Shown: positions 1 through 14,315, numbered from the stretch's first letter. The stretch is DNA of 64,000 bases from the human T2T-CHM13v2.0 reference genome, Homo sapiens (GCF_009914755.1 NC_060929.1), one strand, 5' to 3'. Numbers and translations: made by a program. Notes: a model not told the origin generated them from the letters alone.

Positions 1-1263
1 TTTTTTTTTTTTTGGCTAGTGTAACTAAAATGCAGGGAAGACCTGCTTGAAGGCTGGCTGATCCAGCCGTCCAACAGATGTTTCCATCAAGGACTTTGTT
101 TTTGTCTCTTCACTCTGCTATTTATAATACAAGCTACCTCCCAAGGCCAGATGCTCTAGTGCTAAAAGAAGACTGCAGCCACAATCAGAGTTACATGGGA
201 AAGTTTAATACTTCTGTCTCAGAATTCTAAGCAAGAGTTCTGAAATTTACCCTGTTTAGATTAGTCTAAATCACATGACCATGCAGAATCAGTTTCTGTG
301 GCCAGGAAAACGGAATGCCTTTAATAAGTCTAATAGGCCCCCACCAAAGCTGCTGTAGGTGAGGCACTCTCCTTCAAAGAACACAGGCTATGTGCATGTG
401 GGGAAGGACAGTAGATACTGGAATGAAAATACAGGTAGTTATCATGAAAAGCAAAATTACTGTGGAAGTAGCCAGAGTGTTCACTAGATGTTTGCAATGA
501 AGACAGTCATCACCAAATACTATATACCATATTGCCCATTTAAAAGAAATGTATTAGAATTATTCTATTTATAAACAAAAGACAAAGTTGTCTCCCAAGA
601 CTAATTCTACTTAATGTAATACTAAAAATGCTAGCATAGTTTAAAAAGATTAATACGTAGAAAATGAAAATATCAATTTTAAGGTCTATTTATTTTCTTT
701 TTTAAGAAAATAGTACTTTTTAATTGTGGTAGTAGTGCTGAGGACAAGCAGAGAAGATGAGGGGTATTATCTGCCAGGTTTTTAAATCTATGGCATTGGC
801 AATCATAAACCACACGGTATTGGGTTAAAAACATTATCAACAAATAATTCAATCTTTCTTTAGAAATGCTATGCCAAACTTAAGAATTCAAGGTACCATA
901 AGTCTAATTAACAATAATGAAAAGAACCACTCAAAAAGTATTATTATTGGCATTCTTTGGCTTCAGCTCCTGAAAAACAGAGCACCAAGAGGGTTTTCAG
1001 GACCCAGTATACAAACCACTATCTATAGGCCTCCCCTCACTCTCCACACACCCTTAACTAAGTGCACAGTCCTGGAAACAGGTAGGGCTGAAAGTCTCCC
1101 CTCTCCACCAGGGAAAAACTCTGGGTTGTCTAAGGTATATATGTACATCATTCTATACAAGGCAGAAGAAGATGATTAAGTGAGTGAGTGTGGGTCTGGA
1201 GCCTCACACCCTCTTTTTTTCTTTTGCTATTTATCTTGGAGACGCTTGTTTAAAAAGACAAGC

Positions 1264-1646
<383 letters not shown>

Positions 1647-1754
1647 TTAAGAAGTCTATCAAGTATTGGAGAGGATGTGGGTCAATGAAAGGAATTCCCA
1701 CATAATGCAGCTGGGAACATAAAAGGGTACAATCCCTTTGGAAGTCTGGCATTG

Positions 1755-2133
1755 CCAGCGACTAAATGTTTGTGTGCCCATCCCTTCCTCCCAACCCCAA
1801 TGCCCCAATTCATATATCTTAACGTTCAATGTAACGCTATTAGGAGATGGGGTCTTTGGAAGGTAATGAAATCAAGAGGGTGGAGCCCTCATGAATGAGA
1901 TTAGTGCCCTTGTAAAAGAGACCTCAGAGAGCTCTCCAGATCTCTTCCCACCACTCGAGGATACAATGAGAAGACAGCAGTCCTCAACCCAAAGAGAGCC
2001 CTCACCAGAATGTGACCATGCTAGCACCCTAAATCTCAGACTTCCAGCCTCCAGAACTTTGAGAAATAAATTCTATCATTTATAAGCCACCCAGTCTATG
2101 GTATGTTGTTAGGGCAGCTTGAACTAAGATACG
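1755..2133 (+). mobile_element. MaLR LTR (MLT1A-like)
   Basis: ctcatgaatgagattagtgcccttg...cagacttccagcctccagaact...aataaattc. Confidence 0.72.
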
Positions 2134-3189
2134 CATCTTACAAGATGAATACTCACATACTTATGACCAAACGATTTCATTCCTGGGTATATACCCAAGA
2201 AAAACCCTCAGACATAATTAACAGAGACATGAACAAGAATGTACATAGAAACACAGTTAATAAGTGAAACAATCCAAATGCTCATCAATAAGAGGAATGG
2301 ATAAATTGCGGTATTATCAAACAATGGAGTATTACACAACCATCAAAAAAATGTACTGCACCTAAGAGTAAAAATTTAGGGCTGAATCCTATCAACATAG
2401 GTGAAAAATGGTAAGTCCCAGAAAATGCCCTTCTTATAAAGTAAAAAATAACCAAAAGTAAATGACACGTTTTAGCAATACACAAATAAAATTATATTTT
2501 AAAAGGTAATAATAAACACAAGATTAAAAATAGTAGTTACATCAGGTGGGGGTAATAGCACAAAATTAGATGTTATTACCACTGTTTTACTTCTTGTGCT
2601 AGGTGATGGACTCATGTTATTAATACACTATTTGAAAGTAATAAATACAGGCATACAGCAAACAAATGAGGGCTGTGCATGGACCAATAATGAGTATGTG
2701 GCATAAATCAAGGATTAAGATTAATTCAGTTCTACACAACCAGTAACCAAAGAAAGAAAATACTACTGGGGTAACTAATTTGGATTCATTCCTTACAGCA
2801 CACTTAAGTCTCCCATCTTTATTTTTAACTCTGTTCACCTCTTTAAAAAGTTTATAGCAATATTCAGAAAAAAAACTAATTTATAGAAAATTTCAGTGTG
2901 ATTCGATGAAGCAAGTATATATTTGGGGAAATGTTTTCCTAAAGGTATCTTTAAAAATACTTTTAGCACTTGAAGGATTAAATCTCAACCAATGGTAAAA
3001 TATGTATGTGAAACACTTTATTCACCAATAATATAGAGTATTACAGTGCTTTCTTATCTTCTGTTAGAATTAACCAAAAACAACTCAAAACTCTGTCTCC
3101 TTTTTCCACACAACCCAAAAGTCATTGCTAGCCATCCCAATATAAATTCTCCATTCCAAACAAGAAAACATCTTGCTTGATGTGATCTG

Positions 3190-3670
3190 AATCTGGACTC
3201 TACCCAAGGAGCTTTGTTTATGTGAATTATCTCTATTAATATTTACTGTATTAGAAATTAAAATAAATTTTTTAAATATTTAGTTAGAAAAATTTTAAAT
3301 ATATTTGTTAATTTACTTAAAAATAACAAAATCAATGTACAATGTTAGCAAAAATAACCTATTTTGCGAAAAATAATCTTACTTTCCAAAACAAAACAAA
3401 AAATAGAAAAACGGCACTATTTTACATTTTTGCAAATCTTTATGTCTGGAAGAGAAGCAGCTGGATTCTCGTATCTGCTTCTACATTCAATCTGTTGCAG
3501 TATCAAACATCACATAGCCCCTGAAAAACTCCACTGTACAATTGTGAGCAAGTGAAAGTGAAAAAGGCAAATGTCTTAGTTACTATAAAACTAATTTCTA
3601 CTTTGCAGAACCCCTGAATGGGTGTTAGGGACCCCAAGGGGTTCCTAGACCATACTTTGGAAGCTATCAG
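3190..3670. mobile_element. hAT-Charlie-like DNA transposon fragment
   Basis: Ends in ccctgaatgggtgttagggaccccaaggggttcctagaccatactttgg, typical of Charlie termini. Confidence 0.5.
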
Positions 3671-5831
3671 CCTAGTAAATAGAACAAATAGCTTAATGTA
3701 TTTTTAGTACTATCACAGTGAAAACTACAAAGTTCTCTGGGAACACAGAAAAGGGGGCACTAACATTGGACATAGCCAGGAAACTCTCATAGAGATGGTG
3801 ACACCTGAAGCCCAAGTCCTTACATGAAGTCCTTCTAAGATCTGTACCCTCTCCCTCCTACTTTTCTGAATCTCCTACCCCCTTTTCCTCTCTTTCACTT
3901 GGTTGCTGCTCCTCAAACACGCCAATCTTACTCCCTTTTTCAAGTCTTTGAATTTGCTGTTTCTTCTGTCTGAATGACTCTTCCCCCATGTATCTCATGG
4001 CTGCTCTTGGCCACACCTGGCCATCCTTATAGCTGAGAAGAGATATACTTCCACACACCTGAAATCCATTCTGGGTCTACTCTTTGAGAAGTTCTGCCTT
4101 ACGCTAACCATTACATATGTGTTCTAGGGGCCATATATAACAATGTACATTGTGGCACCATTTGTACAAGTGAAAAACTAGGGCCAAAAAAAAAAAAAAA
4201 AAGAAAACTAAACTACATATCCATTAAAATGAGAATAAAAACATACATTCGTACATTCATACTTGAAGTTCTAGGAATAAATCCTCATATACATGTATAC
4301 TGCATAACTTAACAATGTACAAATTCCTTAAGCACTGGGACCAAACCTTTGCTCTTTTGTTTCCCTGAAATACCACCTACTCCCCATGAGATTTCGACAT
4401 ACCTATGTCCCTACTATTTTTCTTAAGTTGCAAAATAATAATAATAATAATAACCTGGAGTGGATTAGTCTATGTAACTTAGCAGGCAGTTAAACACACA
4501 AACACAGACCCCTCTATTAAACTAGAATTTAAGAATCTATTCTAGTTAATTCTAGGTAAACTACAAAAACTTTTTGACAGAACTGTAATAATTTTTAAAT
4601 TTTCCACAATAGACTAGTCTCTTCCTAGTTTAAAAAATGTAAAATTGTTGCTTTTAAACAAATCCTTGATATATTTTCATATCTTTTATATCTCTAATAA
4701 AATAAAAATACTATCCTGAAAAATGTCTATTTGAGGGTGGTTATTACTTAACAGCGGTTGTTTCTCTTTTTTCTCCATTTCTAAGTCTCTCACTTTTATT
4801 TATAAAGCAAACTTTTATTTCCAGTCTCTTGATGTGTTCCCCCTCATAAACCCTTTTCTGGTTTCCTCCAGTCCTTAGCTCAATTGACAAATATCTATTA
4901 AGTGTCTATTTGTTGAAAAACAATTCTGTGAAAAGCAATGATATATCAGACACCATCCCTTTGGTCCTGAAAAGACGTGAAGAACTGTTTGGCCTTAAGA
5001 AAATCTTTGTATACTTTGATATAGTGCAGCGTCTTCAGAACTTAACATTCTAGATTTGGAAATCAAAATTATAATACTATACTAGTAATGTAAGTTCAAA
5101 TACACTTCAGTAGACTTGGAGGTCTTCAAAAATTTCATAGAGTACAAATGTATTTCAGGCAACAAATGATTTATTAAAATCATGACATTAGTATTATTCA
5201 GAAGCTGAGGAACATTTAATGAAAAAGCTGATGCCTACTTGCTCCAACATACTATATAGACAAACAAACCGAGTTAGAATACACACAAGCACACACACAC
5301 AGAGAACTCCGTAACTTACTTGTGGAAGTGAAAGGATCTCAACAACAACAGAGAACTCAGTTAAAAAACATTAAGAAGGATTTGGATATAACTATAATCT
5401 AGCACTAGAATTGTAAGAATGTCTTGTAATCATTGTGTGAATCATTTATAGATTTTGAAATTAGGGTTCTCCAAAACTCACTTGTCTACTCTTCCCCACA
5501 ATAAACTTAATGATAGTCCAATAAAAAAGCAAAACTGGCCTTGCCACATTTTTTGCTGGGGCTTGGGGGTAGGGAATCACTGCTTCAGCAATGGTCACAA
5601 AAAGATGATCATTACAAAGTCTTAGAAATTACTCAAGAACACAAGGTTCATACTCTTCCTTTCTCCCTCCACAGACAATCAGTGAACAGAACAAGCAACT
5701 AAAACACAAGCTTTTATCACAATTTAAATCAAAGCCAAGTTCCAGGGTCTCTCCTGGGGATCAGTAACCATTCATCCTTAAGTCCTCATCCACACTGTTG
5801 ATAATCTACAGAAAAGTAATAAAGATGCTGC

Positions 5832-6196
5832 TGCTATGGTTTGAATGTTCGTATCCCTCCAAAATTCACACTGAAACTTTATTTCCAATGCTACAGTATT
5901 AAGAGATGGGGCCTTTAGGTGATTAGGTAATGAGGTCTCCTCCCTTGTGAATGGGATTAAGGCCCTTATAAAAGAGGCTTCACACAGCCTTGGGCCCTTT
6001 AATGCTCTTCTGCCATGTGAAGACACAGTGTTCAGCGCACCATCCTGGAAGCAAGAGACCAGGCCCTCACCAGATACTTGCTGGCCTCTTCATCTTGGAC
6101 TTCCCAGCCTCTGGAACTATAAGAAATAAATTTCTCTTATTTATAAATTACCCAGTCTCAGGTATTTTTTTATAGCAGCACAAATGAACGAAGATA
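5832..6196 (+). mobile_element. MaLR LTR (MST-like)
   Basis: tgctatggtttgaatg...cttggacttcccagcctctggaact...tatagcagca. Confidence 0.75.
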
Positions 6197-8438
6197 GGTG
6201 TTAATGATAATAATGAGAGCAGTTAGCATTTATTGAACATTTACTACATATCAGGCATTTGGGCTAAGTGCTTTACATGATTACCTTATTTAATTATCCT
6301 AACAATACAAAAAAAACAGGTACTTTCATTAACCCCATGTTCCGGCTAAGAAAACTGGGGCTTTTAAAGGCTAAGTAACTTTCCCAGGGTCACATATGTA
6401 ATAACGTGTAGTAAGTGGAGCCTGGGAGCCCATCTATTTAACTCTCACTGCAAGAATAAATAACTATTCTGCAATTACTATATTGCAAGAATATAGTAAC
6501 TATTATGCTGTAATATAGTAATTGATTCAGTGGCTCTCTACTGCTTATCCGATCAGGTTCAAAATCCTTATAAAGGAAGATTTCATTCCTTCATCTGTGT
6601 ATTGCAAAGACTTTTACTGAGTATAATGTGCCAACACCATACCAGATGATTCAAAGACAGTAAGATGTAGGTTCTGAGTGAGGCTGCTAAATGAGTGATC
6701 TTTAGTTAGACCTATGACAAGTTATTAAGAAAAAAATCAGTTCTATTTGGACACAACAGCATCACAATAGAACATTATTATATTCTTTTATAAAGGTATT
6801 ACTGGAAGTAGAATACTGGAATAGACATCACACATCTAAGCATTTACTGTCTTAAGAGTTTTAGACTGCCATTATTAATAAAATTTTCCAACCTTGCTTA
6901 CTACAGATTTTCAAAATTTCCAACCAAACAAAAAAATGCAATGAAAAAACAAAACACCCATACACATACAGGGCCAAAGATCTTTCATCTCCACATTCAA
7001 CCTGGAGAATAAAATACCTTGTGTTGGGAAAACTGTGATGATGAGTGGCCTTAGCCTTCTCCCTCTCCAGCTTGAAGAGACATCTGGTTGCCTGCTATAT
7101 TGCTCCTAAGAGTAACTACTTGCCAAGTAGTTAACAGAATGTGGTGAAGAGCTGACCACCTGCAATCCATTTTGACATGGCCTCTGACCACCACTTTGGA
7201 GAACTGAATACATTACACAAATTCCTAAAGGAACTAGCTAAATTTCAAAGTAGGAAGGTAGCCATCTGGCTGAACTTAGCAATGGGGTACAGTGCAAAAG
7301 AGGATAAAAGAAAACAAAGCTAGCAAATCTTACAGGAATAATTTACAGGACTATGTTCTTAACCTATCCCAGATACAGTCCACCATACTTCTATGCACCA
7401 TTGCTTTAAATATAAGTATATAAACAGCTAAAGCTAATGGGGGGAGACTTTACGTCTACTTAAGTATACGTGTCATTTGCATTCTTCACTTTTTATATCA
7501 GTATAATATATATTGAACTAATAGTGGAGATTTTACATACCTTTTATGTTGTCTTCATGCCTGCTATACATAGCATATACACCATACACAGTTGTATATA
7601 GGATGTAGATATAAACAAACTTCGGAAGATGCCACAGTTTGGGAACAATGCTTGCTTTATTAAAAAAAAAAAAATCAATACAATTTCCCCACAGGCTCAT
7701 GATGTAAAATTCTATAATCAAGGCTTGTAGATTTGTAATTATGGTATGTCAGCTACATTTAAACAAGAGTGTTAAAAGACTGTTAAAGTTAAACTAACAA
7801 AATTGCAGTGTGAATTGTCCTAGTCTCATTCTAATCTACTGGTGTCACTTTCATTTAATCAGAGGAAAACTATGGGCCAATGTCAGTGCTATTTCCAATG
7901 CCCTAACATTCTTTGTTCACATTGGATTTTAAGCCATTACCAATCCAAAATGGTTATAAAAAGATATATTTAAGAAAGTATTTTTAATCAATTCATTCAC
8001 TCACCAGTGAACTAGTTTAACAGGCTTTATTGAAAGCTGGCTTTAAAGTTAAATAACCTTTTATGTTAAATGATTGTGAGTGTTTTTTACTTGCAGAAGA
8101 ATTTCTTGAATTTATCACAAGTCTAATAAAAAACAAACTTTTTTATGAACACAAATCCCACTTGGAAACTTTTTTGGTGCAGATAAGTCACTTAGCTGAA
8201 ATACCACATTTAGAAAATATCAATTCTGCATTTTCTCCTACTTTAGTGAAAATTATTTTCTAAATCATTAATAATTTAAATATAGAACAAAAGCTACTCT
8301 GTCAAGGATTCATATTTACACCATGCACTTAAGTTTTAAATTAAGGTACAACATACAACTCACAGTTGTACTATCTGTAAATAGCCTCCAAATAAATCAC
8401 AGAACACATAAAACAGAGCTATGTTAGCTAGTTACAGA

Positions 8439-8553
8439 AGAGGTCACCAATCATTCCAGTTTGCCTGGGACTTTCCCAGTTTTAGCAGTGAAGTGTTCCA
8501 CATCCTGGGAAACCCCTCAGTCTCAGGCAAACTGTGATAATTGATGCCACCTA
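8439..8553. mobile_element. MER81-like hAT-Blackjack MITE
   Basis: ccagtttgcctgggact..cccagttttagcagtgaa...gggaaacccctcagtc. Confidence 0.6.
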
Positions 8554-8844
8554 GATATCCTCCCCCGCTCCAAAAAAAAACAGAGTGTTCAACAGTTCTG
8601 TGCTGGGGGAAAAAACTGAGTATTATTTGGTAACTCTGCTAGAGCTGCCAGATTAGTTGTGACCCTGTCACAGATATCAATAGGTCTAGCAATCTGCTGG
8701 AAACATAGATCCAAATCTTAAAAAAAAAAAAAAAAAAACAAAGAGCCAGCTACACCCAAACCTGCCAACTAATACCCACTACCAGTGAGTCACATGTGAA
8801 CAAAGGCTGCTGCTCAAAGAAACTTAGTATAATAACCCACCTAG

Positions 8845-9134
8845 GGCCAGGCATAGTGGCTCACGCCTATAATTCCAGCACTTTGGGAGGCCACGGCAGG
8901 TGGATCACCTGAGGTCAGGAGTTCAAGATCAGCCAGGCAAAACCCTGTCTCTACTAAAAAATACAAAAATTAGCCAGCCATGGTGGCGGACACCTGTAAT
9001 CCCAGCTACTCAGGAGGCTGAGGCAGGGATGAACCCAGGAGGCAGCAGCTGCAGTGAGCCAAGATCACACCAGTCCACTCCAGCCTGGGTGACACAGCGA
9101 GACTCTGACTCTGAAAAAATAAAAATAAAAATAA
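8845..9134 (+). mobile_element. Alu (S-type)
   Basis: Dimer with A tail; 17-bp TSD tataataaccca(c/t)ctag. Confidence 0.92.
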
Positions 9135-10359
9135 TATAATAACCCATCTAGCCTCTGTTACATACATTTCTCTAGTTTCACAGCAAGAATTAGTCCTCAG
9201 GAAAAAAAAAAAAGTATACATGTAACAAAATATCACAGGGTACCCTGTAAATATGTATGTGTCAACTAAAAATAACAACAATACTATTAAAATCTTGTTG
9301 CTGGAAGATATTTAAGGAGCCCTCAGAGTCAGAGGCTTAGCACCAATTCAGCCTCATTCTGTCCAACTCTCACCTTCTAAGCCATTCCTAGTATCTAGAC
9401 TCTTTCTTTATTCCTAGTAATCTAACCTCTCTCTCTTGAAACTCACTTCCCAGAAATCAGATGCTTTGCCATTTACTGTACAAGGTAACAAAGTTTCTCT
9501 AGGAACAAGACACTCACCGTAAACCTCCGGCCTATTTTCCCAGGGCCTAAAAATACTGGCCCTGAAACTTGTTTCTACTTTATAATGTGGGCTGCTATCC
9601 ATTAGGTCAACTCTGCCATTTTGCCAACATGCTGAAATGGCTGTCTTCCACGCATGGCTGGATCTCCTACACGCCAAATACCATCATCTACTTATTGCCT
9701 GTTTCCATATTCCCCTAACATTCAACCTGCCTGTCCACATTTCTTCCTCAGACCCACTATCAGGAACTTCTGAGTCACCTGAAGTGTTCCACCAGGTCTA
9801 ATCAGAAACTAAATTAATCCACCCTTTCTAGTATAGCCTACCCAAACTGAACTCTAGGACAAATACCTAGAATATAATTTCTAGTTGCTCTCAATTTCTA
9901 GAGAGACAATTGAAGGATTTGGGGCATGAATAATGACTTTAAACCTCTTCTTCCAAATAAAGGTTGTGACTTCCGAAGATAAATGAGGCTATGGAAAATG
10001 AACGTCTAACCAGAAAAAGAGTGTCAAGAACAGATTTAAAATAGTGTCGAGGATAGGTTTTTAAACCATTGATTAAAAAAAAAAAAAGAAAAGAATAGAA
10101 TCCCTTTCACAAAAGCAAGAACATGTCTGAATCATGAATTAAGGTATCTTTGAAACTAAATTTGGAGAGAGGAGGAAAAAAGCATATCTTTTAGACCCTT
10201 TTTATCATGAAAAATGTTCAACTTATGTACAGAAAAATATAATGAAGCCCCATGATCATTCAGCCCCAACAATTAGTAATATGTTACCATTGCTGCCTCA
10301 TCTATTTTTTACTTTGCTGAGGTAAAATATAGATTTTTAAAAATAGGTTGCAGGGTTTA

Positions 10360-10495
10360 AAACCTAGATGACGGGTCGACAGGTGCAGCATATCACCATG
10401 GCACATGTGTACCTATATAACAAAACTGCACGTTCAGCACATGTATCCCAGAACTTAAAGTAAAATAAAAATAAATAATAATAAAATAAAAATAG
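10360..10495 (+). mobile_element. L1PA 3'-end fragment
   Basis: ggtgcagca..accatggcacatgt...ctgcacgtt...cacatgtatcccagaacttaaagta plus A-rich tail. Confidence 0.85.
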
Positions 10496-11951
10496 GATAC
10501 TAAGGTAGAAGATGGAAAGAGTCATAGCAAAATAATTTTCAGGTGAAAAATAACAAGAGACAATAGGGGACAATATTTATGGAGTTAGATGGTGATATAC
10601 CAAGGCAAAATGTGAGTAACAAGCAGCTAAAACAGAAAGTTTAGGGGTTTTTCTTTAATTGCATTTTAATACATAAGTGGGAAGCTATACCCCAAAATGT
10701 CAACAGAAAAGTCATTTTAAAATGTATGGGAGACACTTCCATTAATTTATAAGCAATTTGAGATAATAGTAAACTATCACCAAGTTTCATAAAATGATAA
10801 ATTTATTTCTAAGCAGTTTACATAAGCATTGAAAACTTCTGAAAAGTCAAAAACTTAGTTTATAATAATCTCAATGAGTATTTTCTCTAGAATATGTATT
10901 GTCAGCATATAACTACTTGAACTAAGTAATTTTATAAACTAGTAGAGATCACTGGAATGAGAAATGTCAAGGTCATATAAGTAAATGAATGGGAAACTAC
11001 CATTAGAAGTCATTTCTCATGACTTTCATTCTACAGCACTCTGCAACACACCCTGATAGTTCTGCCAAATATACTGACTAAAATGACATAACCCAAGCAA
11101 GTCTGGTAAAAGTGAACCAGTCTGGTAAAAGTCTGGTAAAAAGAACTCTGAGCTGAGGGACAGGATGGATTATTTATATTTTCAAATATACATCTCAATT
11201 CCCTTCCTATTACCAATTTTAAAAATACTCTTTACGGGAGCACTGTAGCTTAAAGGAGAAAGTTGTAGATTTGAAACCTTGGTCCTTTTCCTTGCATTGC
11301 CACTAACTAGTAGTGTGACTTTAGACAAGTTTTTTTTCTTTTTTTAACTTCATTAAACCTCAGTTTCTCATATGTAAAATGAGAATCCAAACAGTATTAT
11401 TAACATTTACTACCCACTTGCTATTTGCCACATACTGTATTAAACAGCATAGCAGGCAGTTCTTGCAACAACTGCTTGAGTTGGGTGCTTGCTCTATTTT
11501 ACAAATAAGGTAAAAGAGGCACAGCACAATGTAATATATTCCACAACATAGAATAAAGGGCAGAATCAAGATCTGAACCCAAGCAGTCTCACTTCACAAA
11601 TGGCTGTGCATTTAACTCCTACTCACATGGTCTCCTTATTGCCTTGGCAATAAAGCTTCCCGGGAAGTGGGATGCTGTGCTAAAACTCAGAAGCATTATC
11701 TTAAAAAGTGAATTTATTCTCCCTTTTGCCTGGTCCTTCCTCTGGTGGAAATATCAATAAACAAAGGAAAGGTGGGCGAACAGGAAGAAGCCAGTTGGTT
11801 TCTTTAGTAGACATTGCTACAACAAAATAACTTGCTTCTTCAGAAGGCTGTTTATCTTTTCTCTTGTAATACTTCATCAAAAAGTTTGCTCTTCTTGGGT
11901 CTGAACAATAAAGTTCTAATGAACACTGAAGGGTCTACCAGCACTCAGGAA

Positions 11952-12805
11952 TGCAAACTAAAAACAAAATTCTAAGCTCCAAAACCGTCTGAATGGACCC
12001 CTCCTCTCAACTAAGGGCATTCTAAAGTAATTCAGGCCATGATGGGAAGAGGGGGTCAGACATGTCTCATTACACATTCCTCCCTTTGGAACTCAGGAAC
12101 AATTGAGCAGCATTAACATTAAAACAGATCTTAAGGCTTTTTGTAACAATAAGACACCAAATTCCAGCTTTACTCTAGTATGGCATCACAGGACAGATAG
12201 CGGGATCTGAAAGAAATAAAAGCATTTTACTCTAAAATATATTTCTTTACATATTTTGAATTGGCCCTGCAAAGATGTCTCTTAAGGGGAAAATCTATAT
12301 TCTGTAGAGAACCCTCTTCCCTGTCCAGGTCTTTTTCCTGATCCACTAGAAAATTAACTAGGAGTCTGGGACCTTTTTAAGTCTGATAAGAAACATTTAC
12401 AATCTATTCTCTCTGAAGCCTGCTACCTGGAGGCTTCATCTGCCTAATAAGAACCTTGATCTCCACAACCCCTTTATTTTAACCCAGACACACTCCCTTG
12501 TATTGATTCCAGGTCTTAAGATAAACTCTTTCAACGAACTGCCAATTGGAAAACCTCCTATAACTTGGAACTGTCCCCAGCCCGCTTTGGGTTGTCCTGC
12601 CTTTCCAGATCAAACCAATGTACATCGTACATGTATTGATTGATATCCTCTGTCTCCCTAAAATGTATAAAACCAAGCTGTAGCCTGACCACCTCGGGCA
12701 CATGTCATCAGGACTTCCTGAGGCTGTCACAGGCATATCCTTAACCTTGGCAAAATAAACTTCTAAACTGATTGAGACCTGTCTCAGGTACTTTCTTGGT
12801 TTACA
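11952..12805 (+). mobile_element. MER4-group ERV1 solo LTR
   Basis: tgcaaactaaaaacaaaattctaag...tggtttaca; TSD ggaa at 11948-11951 and 12806-12809. Confidence 0.85.
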
Positions 12806-12845
12806 GGAATTTAAGCAAATTACAGGACTGCACTACCCATGAGTT

Positions 12846-13557
12846 TGTGAAAGGAAAAATAAATCTCAGGACCCCAAAATCACTAAGCCAAAAAGAAAAG
12901 TCAAGCTGGGAATTGCATCGAGCAAACCTGCCTCTCATTTTATTCCTGAATAAGATAGCTACAAAGATTAAAAAAAAAAAAAGCTACATACCTCCCTGAC
13001 AATTTGCCCCCAAGGAAATTCCTTGTGGGCCTCAAGACCTTCACTCTAAAACAGTTCTGTTGTATTTCACCCTGGCAATGTAAATTGATAGCTTATCTTC
13101 ACAGGTATGGGACAAAGGACAGAACTCAAAGTCACCCCTCTACCCACCTGAGACAAATGCGTAACTGACTGCTTCCTCTGCCCTACTGTGTATGTAAAAT
13201 CGCAGATTCATTTAGCCGACTAAGGCATAAGTGACTATTCTTCTATCCCTCTCTCACATGTAAATTGTGTATTAAGTGAAAAGCTGATCAAAGACTCAAA
13301 AGAATGCAACCATTTGTCTCTTATCTATGACCTGGATGCCCCCCATCCTTCTAGTTGTCCTGCCTTTCTGGAGGGAACCAAGGTACACCTTACCCATTGA
13401 CTAATATCTGAGGTCTCCCTAAAACGTATTACACCAAGCTGTGCCCCAACCGCCTTGGGCACATGTCATCAGGACCTCCTGAGGCTGTGTCATGGGCACG
13501 TCCTTGGCAAAATAAACATTCCAAATTAAGACCTGTCTCAGATACTTCTGGTTCACA
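12846..13557 (+). mobile_element. MER4A-like ERV1 solo LTR
   Basis: tgtgaaaggaaaaataaatctc...ggttcaca; TSD agtt at 12842-12845 and 13558-13561. Confidence 0.87.
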
Positions 13558-14188
13558 AGTTATTTAAACAGCATCTCACAGCCTCTGGGGCGAGCTTCGG
13601 GGAATCTGACTGGAGAAAGTGAGGCCACATAAGTTTGCTGAGTGTGCTAGAAGTTCAGGCCCAGTTCTCAAAGCCTGCCAGTCACGCCAGCCATGTTAGG
13701 TCACACGGCTCCACTACGGTCTTTTTTGACGAGGCCCAGATCCTCCGCATCCCCCTAAACTTCAGAGCCTGCTTTCAAGCCCATTTGAGAGCACAGCTGG
13801 GATCCCGCTTCCCCGGGCCAAGTTCAGCAAGGAGAGGCCGGCGCGCGCACACAGGAGGCACGGGATCAGGGCCCGGCCCGCCCTCGCAGGCCGCGGCCCA
13901 CCACCTTCCCACCGCGGGCGCCGAGAAACCGGGCCACCGCCGACTCTTCCGGCAAATCAGAGCGGCCAGTGAGCGGAGAGGGACGGGAAGCGGCATGCGA
14001 GGCTGGCGGGCTCGGGCGTCAGCGCGCCCCGCTGGGTCCCTGCCAGTCCCAGCCAACTGCGGAGCCCCGGGTGCGGCCTGGAGTTCGGAGCCCGCCTCGG
14101 GCCTCCTCGGGCCTGCGCTCCGCTCAGCCTCGCGGGCCGCCATGAGGTGACGAAGAGGAGGTGCAGGGCGCCGCTCCCGGCTCCTTAC

Positions 14189-14241
14189 CGCTTCACCACG
14201 CCGGTCTTGATCTTGATCTGTCTCACGCGAGGATCGGCCAT
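14189..14241 (-). CDS. TBCA: TBCA first coding exon (tubulin-specific chaperone A), 53 nt, phase-2 end; remaining exons lie outside the window (left)
   Basis: Reverse complement reads accATGGCCGATCCTCGCGTGAGACAGATCAAGATCAAGACCGGCGTGGTGAAGCG|gtaagg = MADPRVRQIKIKTGVVK(R), the recognisable TBCA N-terminus. Strong Kozak context (A at -3, G at +4); canonical GT donor at 14188-14187. Confidence 0.97.
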
Positions 14242-14315
14242 GGTCCCTCGAGCGCCGCGAGAAGGAGGGGCGGAGAGCCGGGGTAACCGTGGAGGGCGAC
14301 GCGCAGAGGCTGCGG

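Noticed and set aside
871-1179. 102-aa ORF in TBCA intron 1
   Set aside because: No recognisable homology or exon signals; length compatible with chance.
11100-11141. Triple agtctggtaaaa repeat; similar short tandem duplications at 35683-35715 and ~47146-47174
   Set aside because: Ordinary slippage duplications with no evidence of function.
11657-11666. TTCCCGGGAA palindrome (STAT6-type N4 spacing)
   Set aside because: Isolated 10-mer with no supporting cluster.
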